From: Azolla caroliniana | Taxonomy: Eukaryota; Plantae; Polypodiophyta | Direction of reading: 5' to 3' | NCBI GenBank assembly: GCA_043228905.1 | Contig: JBHGNT010000001.1 | Location: 21,886,001-21,950,000 of the forward strand | Length of the DNA: 64,000 nt | In this document: positions 12,786 through 24,356 of the stretch, in pieces | Numbering within the stretch: position 1 is the first letter of the stretch | How the letters are laid out: each line of letters starts with the position of its first letter | Notes under the pieces: generated by a model | Seen by the model: only the letters and a program-made list of their open reading frames with translations | The model's database searches: none | What the model was told of the DNA's origin: nothing | Program-made: the position numbers and the translations under genes

Positions 12786-15700
12786 ATGGATAGAGGCATG
12801 CCTACGTCGCTCCCGGTGGAGAAGCTCGACAGGAGCAACTACGCATCCTGGTCTTACAAGATGCACCAGTACCTGCTTGGACACGGGTACTGGAGTTATG
12901 TCGAAGGAGCGAATGATGCGGCGCCAGACATGGCACACAAGGACTTCCCGGTATGGGAACAGGCGGCAAGCAGGGTGATGTACTGCTTTGCGTCCAGTGT
13001 CGGCGATCAGCTGCTCAGCCACATCCGTGACACCAAGACACCGAAGGATGCTTGGGGGAACCTGAAAAAGGTTTTCGCCGCAAGCACCACTGCCCGGAAT
13101 CTGCAACTCAGACATGAGTTGAGCAATGTTCGACAGAAGAACATGTCCGTGGCAAACTACACAGGCCGGATAAAGGAGATTTGCGACTCGCTCGCCTCTA
13201 TCAATGTTACCGTAGAGGAAGACGAGATGGTGCAGGTATGTCTCGGAGGCCTGGCGTCCAAGTTCGGAGCGCTCTGGACTACGGTGTGTACAAGGGAGAA
13301 TACCCCCTCATTCTTCGACTTACAGTCGATGCTCCTTGTAGAGGAGAACCACGCCGGTGCATCTACCAGTGCATCCCCGGACAACCGAATGTTGTACACA
13401 GGAACGGATCGGCTCCATGGGCGTGGTGGAAGAGGTGGGTCGACACGCGATGGAGGCGGCCGGCAAGAGCAGGAACGGAGGCACTATGAGCGTGCCGACA
13501 GCAGTTCCGGGACTTCCACAAGCAGGGGGAGTCAAGGCGGTGCTGGAGGCCGGCAAGACAAATCCGCTACGGAATGCTGGTACTGTGGCAAAAAAGGCCA
13601 CAGGGAAAGCGAGTGTTGGAGAAAGCGTGCCGATTCGGACAAATCCGGATCCGGCAAGACCGGTAAGGATGGCCGGCAAAACTCGCACTACGCAAACGGA
13701 TCAGGAGGATCCGGAACCGGAAAGGCCGGTAAGGGGCCAGCCTTGATGATGAATCACAAGGCAAACTCAATGAAGAAGACCACTTCCAAAACGGAGGAAG
13801 TGTGGTATGTTGATTCCGGCGCGTCGAACCACATGACGAGCCACAAAGAGTGGTTCTCCTTTTTGGAGAAACCGGATCAACCAGGAGTAGTCGAAACCGG
13901 AGACGACACTCCTCACCCAATCATGCACGTCGGAGAAGTCCCTCTAAGCCACGTAGGACAGAAAGGGAAGCTGATGAACGTATTACACGTTCCGACAATC
14001 ACAAAGAACCTGGTGTTCGTCGGTCAGATTGTCGACCAGGGGATGCAGGTGCGGTTTACGCACCTCGGGTGCTTCATTGAGGATGAGGGCGAAGTCATTG
14101 CGCAAGGGCGCAGAGACGGGAGGATGTTTATCCTCGACACCAATGACTTTGGCATCGCTCTATTCGCGAAACGACAGAAGGTCGAGTCGGACATCGACCT
14201 GTGGCACAAGCGGATAGGCCACGTCAACTATCGGAGGCTTCAAGACATGCAAACGAAACAAGTCGTTTTCGGTTTGCCAAAGTTCAGCGGCCGGAGAGCC
14301 GAAATCTATGAAGCCTGCCAACTTGGGAAGCAACACCGGCTTCCATTTCCCACCAAACGGAACCGGAGCCGTAACAAGCTCAATCTCATCCATTCGGATG
14401 TGTGGGGACCGGCACAAAGTGTAAGCCTTGGCGGGAGCCGGTACTTCGTCTCCTTCATCGACGACTATACTCGACATACTTGGATCTACCTCATTGAGCG
14501 GAAGAGCGAAGTCTTCGACTGTTTCCGGAGCCTCCAGAAGATGGTGGAACGGGAATCGGAGAGGAAGATCAAATGCCTTCGGTCGGATGGCGGAAAGGAA
14601 TATTTTTCCGGACAATTCACTAGTTATTTGCAGCAGAAGGGAATTCGGCGAGAGTTCAGCTGTAGATACACACCGGAGAAAAACGGTGTGGCCGAAAGGA
14701 AGAACCGGACACTCGTCGAAGCGGCAAGGACAATGCTGGAGGAGAAGAGCATGCCCCGGTTCTACTGGACGGAGGCGGTCCAGACGGCCATCTACATACA
14801 AAACCGCATTGGTGACAAGGTGTCAGCTCATGAGCTGTATTTCGGGCGCAAGCCGAACTTAAGACACCTTCGGATATTCAGCAGCATAGCGTATGTGCAT
14901 GTACCGGATCAGAAGCGGAGAAAGCTGGATGCAAAATCGGAAAAATGCATCCTAGTCGGCTATGCTCAAGAGCAAAAGGGATATAAGTGTTATAATCCCC
15001 GGACGAAGGAAGTCCGAGTTAGCCGGGATGTCGAGTTCGATGAATCGGCATCCTGGTACTCCGTACCGACTCCGACTTCCGATCCCGACCCAATGTCGGA
15101 AGATTAGGCCAATGAGCCTGAATCAGCCCTGTCAGAGGATGATGAAACCGGGACTCAAGATGAGAGTCCGGAATCGTTACGGTTGAGTGGAACGAATGAG
15201 CGACTGAGTCGGTTGGACCAGTCGGATGAAGAGACGACAAGTGGTGGAGACTCTGTCGTGCTCTCCCCGCGCAAGGAACCGAGGAAACGGTTCACGCGCA
15301 AAGAGAAGGGGAAGAGGAAGATGCCGGAATTCGAAACCGGCAACGATGAGTCGGATCGGTGCGTATCCGACTCTGGAAAGGAGAAAGGTGGATCTTCGGC
15401 AACGAAGACCGAACTGGCCGAGAAGGGCCTCAAATCAGGTGACGGTGCGTTGCGCCGATCAACCCGTCAGAAGGATCCCGTCGTGCGGTATGGGTACAAT
15501 GAATACATTGCGCATCATTATGCGTACATGACTAAGTTGACATAAGTGCGTGAGCCGGAGAGCTACGCAGAAGCGGCAAAGGATGCAAATTGGCGTGCCG
15601 CTATGAACGAAGAAATGCAGGCACTCGATGCCAACGAAACTTGGGACCTAGTTGATCCTCCCCGTCACTGTAAACCGATCGGATGCAAGTGGGTGTACAA

Positions 15701-17810
15701 GGTCAAGTACAACGCCGACGGTTCTGTTAATCGGTACAAAGCCCGGTTAGTGGCGAAGGGATACGCGCAGACCCACGGAATCGACTACGACGAGACCTTC
15801 GCTCCTATGGCGAAGATGACGACGGTTCGTGTGTTATTGGCGGTTGTTGCGGCAAGGGGGTGGCATCTTCACCAGATGGATGTGAAGAACGCCTTCCTTC
15901 AAGGAGAGCTTGAAGAAGAAGTCTTTATGACTCAGCCCCCCGGGTTTCAATCGGAGATGAACAAATTGGCGGTATGCCGACTGAAGAAGTCGCTTTACGG
16001 CTTGAAGCAAGCCCCCCGAGCTTGGAACGCGAAGATCACGCACCGGTTGCGTAAGCTGGGGTTTGCTGTCTCTAAGTCGGACTCTTCGTTGTTCATCTGG
16101 CAAGGCTTTGACGGTCCAGTATGTATACTCTTGTATGTGGATGATTTAGTCATCACCGGACCGGGTCTTCCCGAAATCAACCGCGTCAAGTCCCAGTTGT
16201 CGGACGCATTCAAAATGAAGGACCTGGGGGACCTTCATTATTTTCTTGGGATCGAAGTGATCCAGACCCCCGACGGCATATTGCTCTCACAACGACATTA
16301 CGTGTTGAATATGCTGTATAAATTCGGCATGACGGATTGCCAACCTGTCTCCACACCCCTGGACCGGAACCAGAAGCTCCGTCCCAACTCCGGACCGGCC
16401 TGTAATGAGAAACGGTTCCGATAGGTTGTCGGAAGCCTGATCTACTTAACCATCACCCGACCCGACATCAGCTATCCGGTCGACATGGTAAGTCAGTTCA
16501 TGGAGAAGCCGACCGTGGAGCACCTTCAGTGCGCGCAACGAATATTACGGTATGTCAGCGGCACTAAGGACCGGGGACTGCTATACCGGCGAGGTATACC
16601 TAAAGAGCTTGTCGGTTACACAGATGCTGATTGGGCTGGCGATGCGTCTAATCGCCGCTCCACTTCCGGATACATGTTCTCCATAGGTAGCGCGGCCGTT
16701 GCGTGGAGCAGCAAGAAGCAGCCCAAAGTGGCTTTGTCAAGCACTGAGGTTGAGTACCGGGCCGCCACTGTAGCCACTTGTGAAGCCATCTGGCTTCGGC
16801 GACTGCTGCGAGACTTGCGGATCAAGGTACCGACCCCGATCCCGATTTACTGCGATAACATGAGCAGCCTGCAGCTCGCCAGGAACCCTGTGTTCCATGC
16901 TCGCACAAAGCACATCGAGGTGCACTACCACTTCGTGCGTGAGCGGGTCCTAAGCGGTGAAGTTGACCTACGATATGTTCATACGGATCGGCAAGTTGCC
17001 GACATCTTCACCAAGCCGCTCGGATCAGACAAGTTGCAGCACTTTACCGTCATGCTTGGTATTCAGCATCTCGACGTGCCACACTTGAGGGGGAGAAGCA
17101 AGGGCAAAGTCTCTACCGAAACGAGCAAAGGCCAGAAAACTGTTGAACCCGTCGGTAAGAGGAGAGCCGGAAGAAGAGGAGACAAGAAGATGAAGGAAGT
17201 CGACACATCCGAACAGGTCGGAGCAAGTGGCGATGAAGAAGAGTTGTGCACTCAGGAAGAGAAGTGCATGTTGTGCGGAGGTCATCACGACGGTACTAAC
17301 CATGATGCGGAGTCGAATGAAGAATTCGATTTCGGTTCACCGGCTGAAGAAGCCGAGGGAAGCATGGAGAAGGCCAAGACTCGGAAGTGGTCCGATGTGG
17401 TGAGAGGCCTGAAGCCGGAAGTCGAGTCGGAGTATACCGATTCAGACAAGAGCTGGAACGAGTCAGAGACAGCTGACTCGGATCAACAGATGGATCCGGA
17501 TGAGTCGGATCGACTGAAGGCCAAGGGGACACGGACACAACGGAAGTCGATGCCATCGTGGGAGAACCGACGGATCGGCAAGCGCCGGAGTCACAGTAAC
17601 GTGAGTGCTGAGATGGGCCTATTGAGCAGACATGCCGACCGAGAGGGTCAAGGCGCGCAGAACCAAAGGGGTCGCGGCAAACGAGACCGGACCGGACGAG
17701 GAGCGCGAGCAAGGCGGAGTGACGCCAGGAGAAGTCGGTTGGAAGAACCGACTGCCACAGAGGTCGACACTACGACCCCACCTCAGGTTGAGCTTGAGGG
17801 GGAGTGTTGA
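12786..17810 (+). pseudogene. Copia gag-PR-INT-RT-RH polyprotein with three in-frame stops and a C-terminal extension
   Basis: Pieces starting 12762, 15183, 15546 and 16485 share one frame; CWYCGKKGHRESEC, WYVDSGASNH, IHSDVWGP, LRSDGGKEY, LYVDDL, GYTDADW, RTKHIEVHYHFVRE. Confidence 0.95.
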
Positions 17811-18209
17811 GCGGCAAGCTCAACCGGAGCCGGATCGGCTGAATAAGCCGGAGCCGGTAAGCGAGACGAATCGGGCGAAACGGATCGGTATTACGGTGAG
17901 CAACCGAACCGGCAAGCAGTGGAGGCCGGGTGCAATCCGTAACCGGAAGTCCAATCGGAAGCCTAGTATAGGATAGACTACTAGGTAGCTATAGTCTCGT
18001 AGTAAGTGTTAGATGCTTGTGTGAGCATTGAAGTACATGGTACTTCTGTCAGTCCCAAGAGGACTTGTATAAATAGTGCTACTTAGCACAGTGTGTGTAC
18101 AAAGTCTTGATATAATTTTGAAATTGTGTTCTGCTCTCTCTGTCTTTGTCTGTGTGTGTGTGTGTGCGTTGTTCTCTGTTTTACGCTTCCGCAAACACTT
18201 ACGTTTACA
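17805..18209 (+). repeat. 3' LTR of Copia
   Basis: Direct repeat of 12263-12691. Confidence 0.95.
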
Positions 18210-19722
18210 GGTTTCAAAAATTTGTAATGGTTTGGATTTATAATAAACGGTTCGGTTTCATTCTGAAACTCGAGATGATTGGTTTATAGGTTTAAATGGT
18301 TTGGTTTAAAGGTTTTATTGGTTTTGGTTAACTTTTTTTTTAACTTTAATAGTTTATTAATTTAATGGTTTAGTTAATAGTTTTTTATTGATTTAATTAA
18401 TTTAACTTAAATATTTATTTAATTTAATGATTTAATTAAAGTTTCTTGTATTGATTTAATAAATTTAATTTAATGTATTTTTGCTTATTTAGATTTTTAA
18501 TTAGTTTGACTTAAATGGTTAGGTTAAATTTTTTTATTAAATTTTATTGTTTTAATAAATTTAACTTAAATACTTATTTAATTTAATGTATTTTTGCTTA
18601 TTTAGAATTTTAATTAGTTTGACGTAAATGGTTTGGTTTACCTTTTTCTAAAACGATTTGGTTTAAATGGCTTGAGAGTTAATAAATGGTTTGGTTGGGT
18701 TCAGTCTGAACCAAAACCGAACCGTGCCCATTGATACCAAAAGGCACATAGAAAAGAAGCAAAATGTTTGGATTCTGAATGGATGCAGGATGTGAAGAGA
18801 TGGTTTGGAAAGGCTCATCATAATCATTCGAAATATGTAACTGTAAAGAAAAGAGTAAGGTTAGCAGACATGACCTTGCTCCTTTCCTTTGTCTCTGTGT
18901 TGATGATGTGTGTGCGTGTGTTGGTTTGTGAGAGAGATTCAGCTAGTTACTGCTACTATGTTACATCAGAATCTAATTATTGGAGAACCGGGAAATAGTC
19001 GAGTTTTATGTATAACTTGCACTTGTATTACGAGAAAGTCTTACCTCTAAATTTTTGAAATTAGTGGTAGAAATACATATCTCGAAGTTCTGAGGACTTT
19101 TAGAATAAAAGACTTCAAAAAGATTGAGATATCTGTTAACAAATCATTTCTACTAATTTCAAGGATAGTTTCATTCGCTATTTCTGGGGGCATTTGGTGG
19201 AATAATGAAAACTCAGGGGCATTTGGGGAAGTAAAGTAAGGCTATGGGGGGGGCCTATTTCTAGTTTTTCCTATGCACAGTTTGATGTAATTACAGTTTC
19301 CAGATCCCTTCAATGGTGGTTCAAAGGTGGTCATTAAACCTACTAAGTGCGTTGCACCTTTTTATAAATATTAAAATACACTTGCACAAAAGAAAATAGA
19401 AAAACTGGGATGAGGAAAGGAAGAGAATAATATTTATTCATCCAAGGAATGTGGAATCAAAGAAAGAAAGAGAAAGGAAGATGGAATCATATTTGCACCG
19501 AGTTACCTCCATGTTGCCATACATCATCATGCATACAGCCTCCTATGAACCTCGGTGGATTTATGGACATTACTACGTATTGCTGCACATCCATCATAGA
19601 TACCATCTCTTGCAAATATTTATTGATTCATGGAAATTATAATACATCTTACATATCATCCCTTGGTGAATATTTATGGATCATCTTGTGGTTTCATGAA
19701 GATATGAGGAGAAAAAGAAACA

Positions 19723-22305
19723 ATGTTAAAGAAGACACATAGAGAGGGAAAAGAAACGCATATATTGAGTTATAGTTTCGTGACCTTGCTAAAGGATTGT
19801 ACCAAGAAGAAGGATTTACAACAAGGTACTAAGCTACATGCTGATATTATTAAAAGAGGGTTGCTGGAAAAGAACCCTTACCTTGTTACTACTTTAATCA
19901 ATATGTATGCAAAATGTGGTGTTCTTGCAAAAGCGCAGCAGTTACATGATGAATTTGACGCTAAAAATGTGGTTTCTTGGAATGCATTGATCATGGGATA
20001 TGCCCAACATGGTCAAGGTCATGAATCGTTGAGTTGTTTCGAAAGGATGTTAAGTGAGGGTTTCTCACCTGATGCAGTCACTTTCACTTGCATATTGAAA
20101 GCTTGCGGTAGCATACAATCTTTAGAAAAGGGCATACAAATCCATGATGATATTGTATGTAGGGGTTTACTACAGAAAGATATGGTGCTTGGCACTGCAT
20201 TGGTGGACATGTATGCAAAATGTGGTATTCTTTCAAAGGCACAACAAGTGCATGATGAGCTTCCTGTTCGAGATATTATCTCTTGGTCAGCATTGATTGG
20301 AGGGTATGCCCAACAAAGGAGAGTTCATGAAGCATTGGATTGTTTTGATCGAATGAAAGTCGAGGGTACTTCTCCAAATGTGGTCACTTTCATTTGTATT
20401 TTGAAGTCATGTAGTAACAAAAGAGTTATTTCAAAAGGCAAACAAATCCACAGTGAGATTCTATATAGAGGCTTGTTGGAGAAAGAGATCGTGCTTGGCA
20501 CTGCATTGATTGATATGTATGCAAAATCTGGTCTTATGGAAAAAGCACAAAAAGTGCATGATGAACTTTTTGCTCATGATGTAGTCTCTTGGTCTGCATT
20601 AATATCAGGATATGACCAACAACATCAATGCCATGAAGCATTGAATTGTTTTGAGCAAATGCAAGGTGAAGGCCTCTCTCCAGATGTTGTTAGCTTCATT
20701 TGCATTTTGAAGGCATGTGGTAGTATGAGGTCAGTTGAGAAAGGAAAACAAATTCATGATAAAATTGTTAGTAGGGGTTTGTTGGAAAAAGATAGTGTAC
20801 TCAGTACTGCATTAGTAAATATGTATGCTGAATGTGGTATGCTTGCAAAAGCAAAAGAAGTGCATAGTGAACTTCAAATTCAAAATGTTGGCTCCTGGAA
20901 TGCACTAATCACCGGGTATGCTCGTATGGAACAAGGTCATGAAGCTTTGAACATCTTTCAAAAGATGCAAAGTGAGGGGTTTTCTCCAGATGTAGTGACT
21001 TTCACTTGCAGCTTGAAAGCATGTGGCAGTGCTGGAGCTATTGACAAGGGAATACAAATTCATGAAGAAATTGTTAACAGAGGCTTCCTAGAGAAAGATG
21101 TGATGGTTGGTAGTGCTTTGGTGGATATGTATGCCAAATGTTGTATGCTTGAGAAAGCACTAAAAGTGAATGATGAACTTCCTCACCGAAGTGTGATCTC
21201 TTGGTGTTCGTTAATTTCAGGGTTTGGCCAACAGGGACAATGTCATGAAGCACTGAAGTGTCTTGCAAAGATGCGAAGTGACAGCCTGTCTCCAGATGTG
21301 ATTACTTTTATGTGCATTTTAAAGGCTTGTGGAAATGCGGGTGCCATCGACGAAGGCACACAGATTCACAATGAGATTGTATGTAGTGGTTTGCTAAAGA
21401 AAGATATAGTGCTTGGCAACGCTTTAGTGGATATGTATGCTAAATGTGGTATGCTTGCAAAAGCGCACAAAGTGCATAATGAGCTATATGTTCGAGATGT
21501 CATCTCCTGGACCGTACTAATTTCTGGGTATTCTCAAGAAGGTCAAGAGCAAGAGGCGATAAACTGTTTCGAGCAAATGCGACATGAGGGCATTACTCCT
21601 AACGTTGTCATCTTTACTTGCATCTTGAAAGCATATGCCATGACAGGAACTATTGAGAAAGGCAAACAGATTCATGACGAGGTTATAAATAGAGGCTTGT
21701 TGGTGAAGGATATTGTTCTAGGCAATGCTTTAGTCAATATGTACGTCAAATGTGGTAAAATCAAAAAAGCACAAAAACTCCTCCAAGAACTTCCTGAAAG
21801 AGATGTTGTCTCTTGGAATATTATAATTGCCGGTTATGCCCAACAAGGGCAAGCTCATGATGCATTGAACTGTTTTAAACATATGAGAGGTGAAGGCATA
21901 TTTCCAAATTCAGTTACTTTTGTATGCATCCTCAATGCATGCTCTCACTCTGGTCTATCAGATGACGCCGAGATGTTTTTTGGAAGTATGAGTAGAGACT
22001 ACGGTATCATCCCAAACTTAGAGCATTACACTTGTATGGTGATCCTGTGCGGATGTGCAGGACACTTTGAGAAGGCATTATCAATGATCAAGACAATGCC
22101 ATCTTCTGTCTACCCCTCAGCTTGGCTTTCATTATTGGGTGCTTGTAGGAAATGGGGTAATATGGATCTTGGTAGTTTGGCTTTTGATCGGTTAATACAA
22201 CTAGAGGTGAGTTGTTCTGGAGATTATATCCTTACGTCTAATTTTTTTACATCCTCTGCGGTGCAAGAAGGGGTAGAAAAGGTTGGACGCTATGAGTACT
22301 GTTGA
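19723..22305 (+). CDS. PLS-class pentatricopeptide repeat protein (organellar RNA-editing factor type) ending in E motifs
   Basis: Seven ~101-aa triplets (GTALVDMYAKCG / VSWNALI.GYAQ / PDVVTFTCILKAC), then LNACSHSG, EHYTCMV and WLSLLGACRKWGN; 860 aa uninterrupted; N-terminus may be incomplete. Confidence 0.92.
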   Translation: MLKKTHREGKETHILSYSFVTLLKDCTKKKDLQQGTKLHADIIKRGLLEKNPYLVTTLINMYAKCGVLAKAQQLHDEFDAKNVVSWNALIMGYAQHGQGHESLSCFERMLSEGFSPDAVTFTCILKACGSIQSLEKGIQIHDDIVCRGLLQKDMVLGTALVDMYAKCGILSKAQQVHDELPVRDIISWSALIGGYAQQRRVHEALDCFDRMKVEGTSPNVVTFICILKSCSNKRVISKGKQIHSEILYRGLLEKEIVLGTALIDMYAKSGLMEKAQKVHDELFAHDVVSWSALISGYDQQHQCHEALNCFEQMQGEGLSPDVVSFICILKACGSMRSVEKGKQIHDKIVSRGLLEKDSVLSTALVNMYAECGMLAKAKEVHSELQIQNVGSWNALITGYARMEQGHEALNIFQKMQSEGFSPDVVTFTCSLKACGSAGAIDKGIQIHEEIVNRGFLEKDVMVGSALVDMYAKCCMLEKALKVNDELPHRSVISWCSLISGFGQQGQCHEALKCLAKMRSDSLSPDVITFMCILKACGNAGAIDEGTQIHNEIVCSGLLKKDIVLGNALVDMYAKCGMLAKAHKVHNELYVRDVISWTVLISGYSQEGQEQEAINCFEQMRHEGITPNVVIFTCILKAYAMTGTIEKGKQIHDEVINRGLLVKDIVLGNALVNMYVKCGKIKKAQKLLQELPERDVVSWNIIIAGYAQQGQAHDALNCFKHMRGEGIFPNSVTFVCILNACSHSGLSDDAEMFFGSMSRDYGIIPNLEHYTCMVILCGCAGHFEKALSMIKTMPSSVYPSAWLSLLGACRKWGNMDLGSLAFDRLIQLEVSCSGDYILTSNFFTSSAVQEGVEKVGRYEYC

Positions 22306-22344
22306 TTTGCTTCAGCATGGGGAGTGTATGGTTTGATGCTTGAC

Positions 22345-22683
22345 TTGAAGATATGCTAGTAAAAGTGAAAAATATTTCTAGGAAAATGTTGCAAGAAGAA
22401 GAATCCTCATTGTACATTCGACACGCTAGGACAAGACATGAGCATCAATGATGATGTAAAGGATTTGGAATGCATGCACACTCAAAAGTTGGCCAGTTTG
22501 GCGTGTTCCTTTTAATTTGTGTCAAGAGGACACTATGTGTGTTGATTGTATAGCATCCCTATTTGTAGTGTGTGCTATTCTATTACATCATTTATTATGA
22601 AAATGGAAGAGTGGAAGATTATGGTTAGAGATGCAACGTGCATTACATGTTTGGCATGGAAAACGTCTGTGTAGGTACTATTG
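22345..22683 (+). pseudogene. Decayed E+/DYW cytidine-deaminase domain downstream of the PPR stop
   Basis: CMHTQKLA (cf. HSEKLA) at 22471-22494, ICSVC (CxxC) at 22561, KIMVRDA, then frameshifted LHVWHGKRLCRYY (cf. HxFxxGxCSCxDYW); several stops and frameshifts. Confidence 0.8.
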
Positions 22684-24027
22684 TCTCATAGAGTATTTTT
22701 CTCTCTCTCACAAACACTGTCGCTGTACATATATATACAAGCACCAATATTGATATCTTTGGAGGTCTCATAGTTAGAGCTTTTGGTCACAAGGTTACCA
22801 TCACTATACATTCAATGTATGCCAAATGTTTGATATTCTTGGGCCTTTTGGATTGCCTTGAAACTTTAGGCTCCTTTACGCACATTGCCATTGGAAATTG
22901 CATCACTTTGCCAACACTGTTGAGTGGCAGAAAGCCTTCTAGCAACCTACATTTCTCACTTGATTAAGGAATAGCACAGGCAGGCTCATCTCCTATTGAC
23001 CTCTTTACACATTTTTTATGCAAATAACCAAATGCTAGTCAAAGCAAAATGTAGCAATGATGGGGTAGAGGTAGAGCCCGTAGCTTCTTCGACTACCTTC
23101 TTCACATTCATCGTATCTTCCTCTGTAAAAAGCAAGCAGGTCGAGAATTTCATCTCGTGTGCTCATTGCAAGACCAACCCTTGAACACAAAAGGAAGGGA
23201 AAGACATTGGATTACCTCCTTGAGGTTTGGTCATTATGAGAATCATGGGTAGATATGCCAATTGTACCATCATGAGATGGAATCTGAGGAACACTATGTT
23301 TGCCACTGGTGTTTTGAATAAAATAAGAGAGAGATACAGATACCTCTTCCTCTTCAAACAAAGCTTTGGTCCACTACGCAAGATCATGTCATACAAAGAC
23401 CAAAGGTGCATGGAACTATTCTTACTAGAACTCAAGAGACATGGAGAGTTGTTGAAGGACAATAATAGAACCACAACAGGTTATCAATGGAGGACAATTA
23501 CAATTTCCTTTCGCCACCTCATGATTCTTGTCAATGAAGGATTACACAAGTGGATTCTCAACCAAGAAACTCAAAAGGGTTACAATAGATCAAGCAATAC
23601 AAATGTGTCATGCATGTGGGCCACAACCATTTGGACTTAAGCCTCATAACCTTTGTCACCAACAAATGAGGGCCATTATCAGCCAACGTGATTCCACTCT
23701 TTGGAGATCTCTACATTTTGAATGGCCCATGTTGGAGAATTTTTGAAGACAATTTTTAGTCTATTTAAGTTCAGAATCTTAAGTTCTTAGATATAGATTC
23801 TTTAGTACCATATGTTTAATTGTATTTATCTTGGTTTTTTGTTCTCAAAGACATAACATAGAAAGATGTAGAATATCTTTTGTGGAAGCTCTAGAGTGGC
23901 GCACCAGTGTAGGATAGAGGTCTGTAGCGTGAGCTTCTCACTAGGAGGTCCGGCATAGCGGAGTAGCAGGCAGGAGAATTGACCCGCGCTAGTGAGCAGC
24001 AGAAACGGAGCCGGAGCCGGAGCAGTT

Positions 24028-24332
24028 TTGAACCGCGCTAATGCAGGGAGGAGGTCTACAGACGTGGGGCACAAAAGCCTCTCTCTACTCATTTCGGCAT
24101 AGAAGCCTCTCTTTGCTCGTCACAGCCTCCCCGCCGCTGCTGCTTCGCCCTCCTCCAGTTTGAGGAGTATATCATTTAGGGTTCCCCCCCCCTTGAACCG
24201 CGCTAGTGCAGGGAGGAAGTTTGCAGACGTGGGGCACAAAAGCCTCTCTCTACTCATTTCGGCATAGAAGCCTCTCTTTGCTCATCACAGCCTCCCTGCC
24301 GCTGCTGCTTCGCCCTCCTCCAGTTTGAGGAG
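24028..24332 (+). repeat. Two 140-bp direct repeats (period 165) in the LINE 5' region
   Basis: 24028-24167 versus 24193-24332, about 95% identical. Confidence 0.9.
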
Positions 24333-24356
24333 AAAGCTGCTCAACAAGATGATGAC

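Larger units (their letters stand above)
12263..18209 (+). mobile_element. Full-length Ty1/Copia LTR retrotransposon
   Basis: LTRs 12263-12691 and 17805-18209 (TG...CA), perfect TSD GGTTT, PBS TGGTATCAGAGC 12692-12703, PPT 17794-17804. Confidence 0.97.
12193..18736. mobile_element. Non-autonomous hAT-type DNA element (~590 bp, AT-rich) split by a Copia insertion
   Basis: Imperfect TIRs taggaatgggcacggtt / aaccgtgcccattgata; 8-bp TSD tcaaaagg/ccaaaagg; subterminal ggtt/aaccg motifs. Confidence 0.8.
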
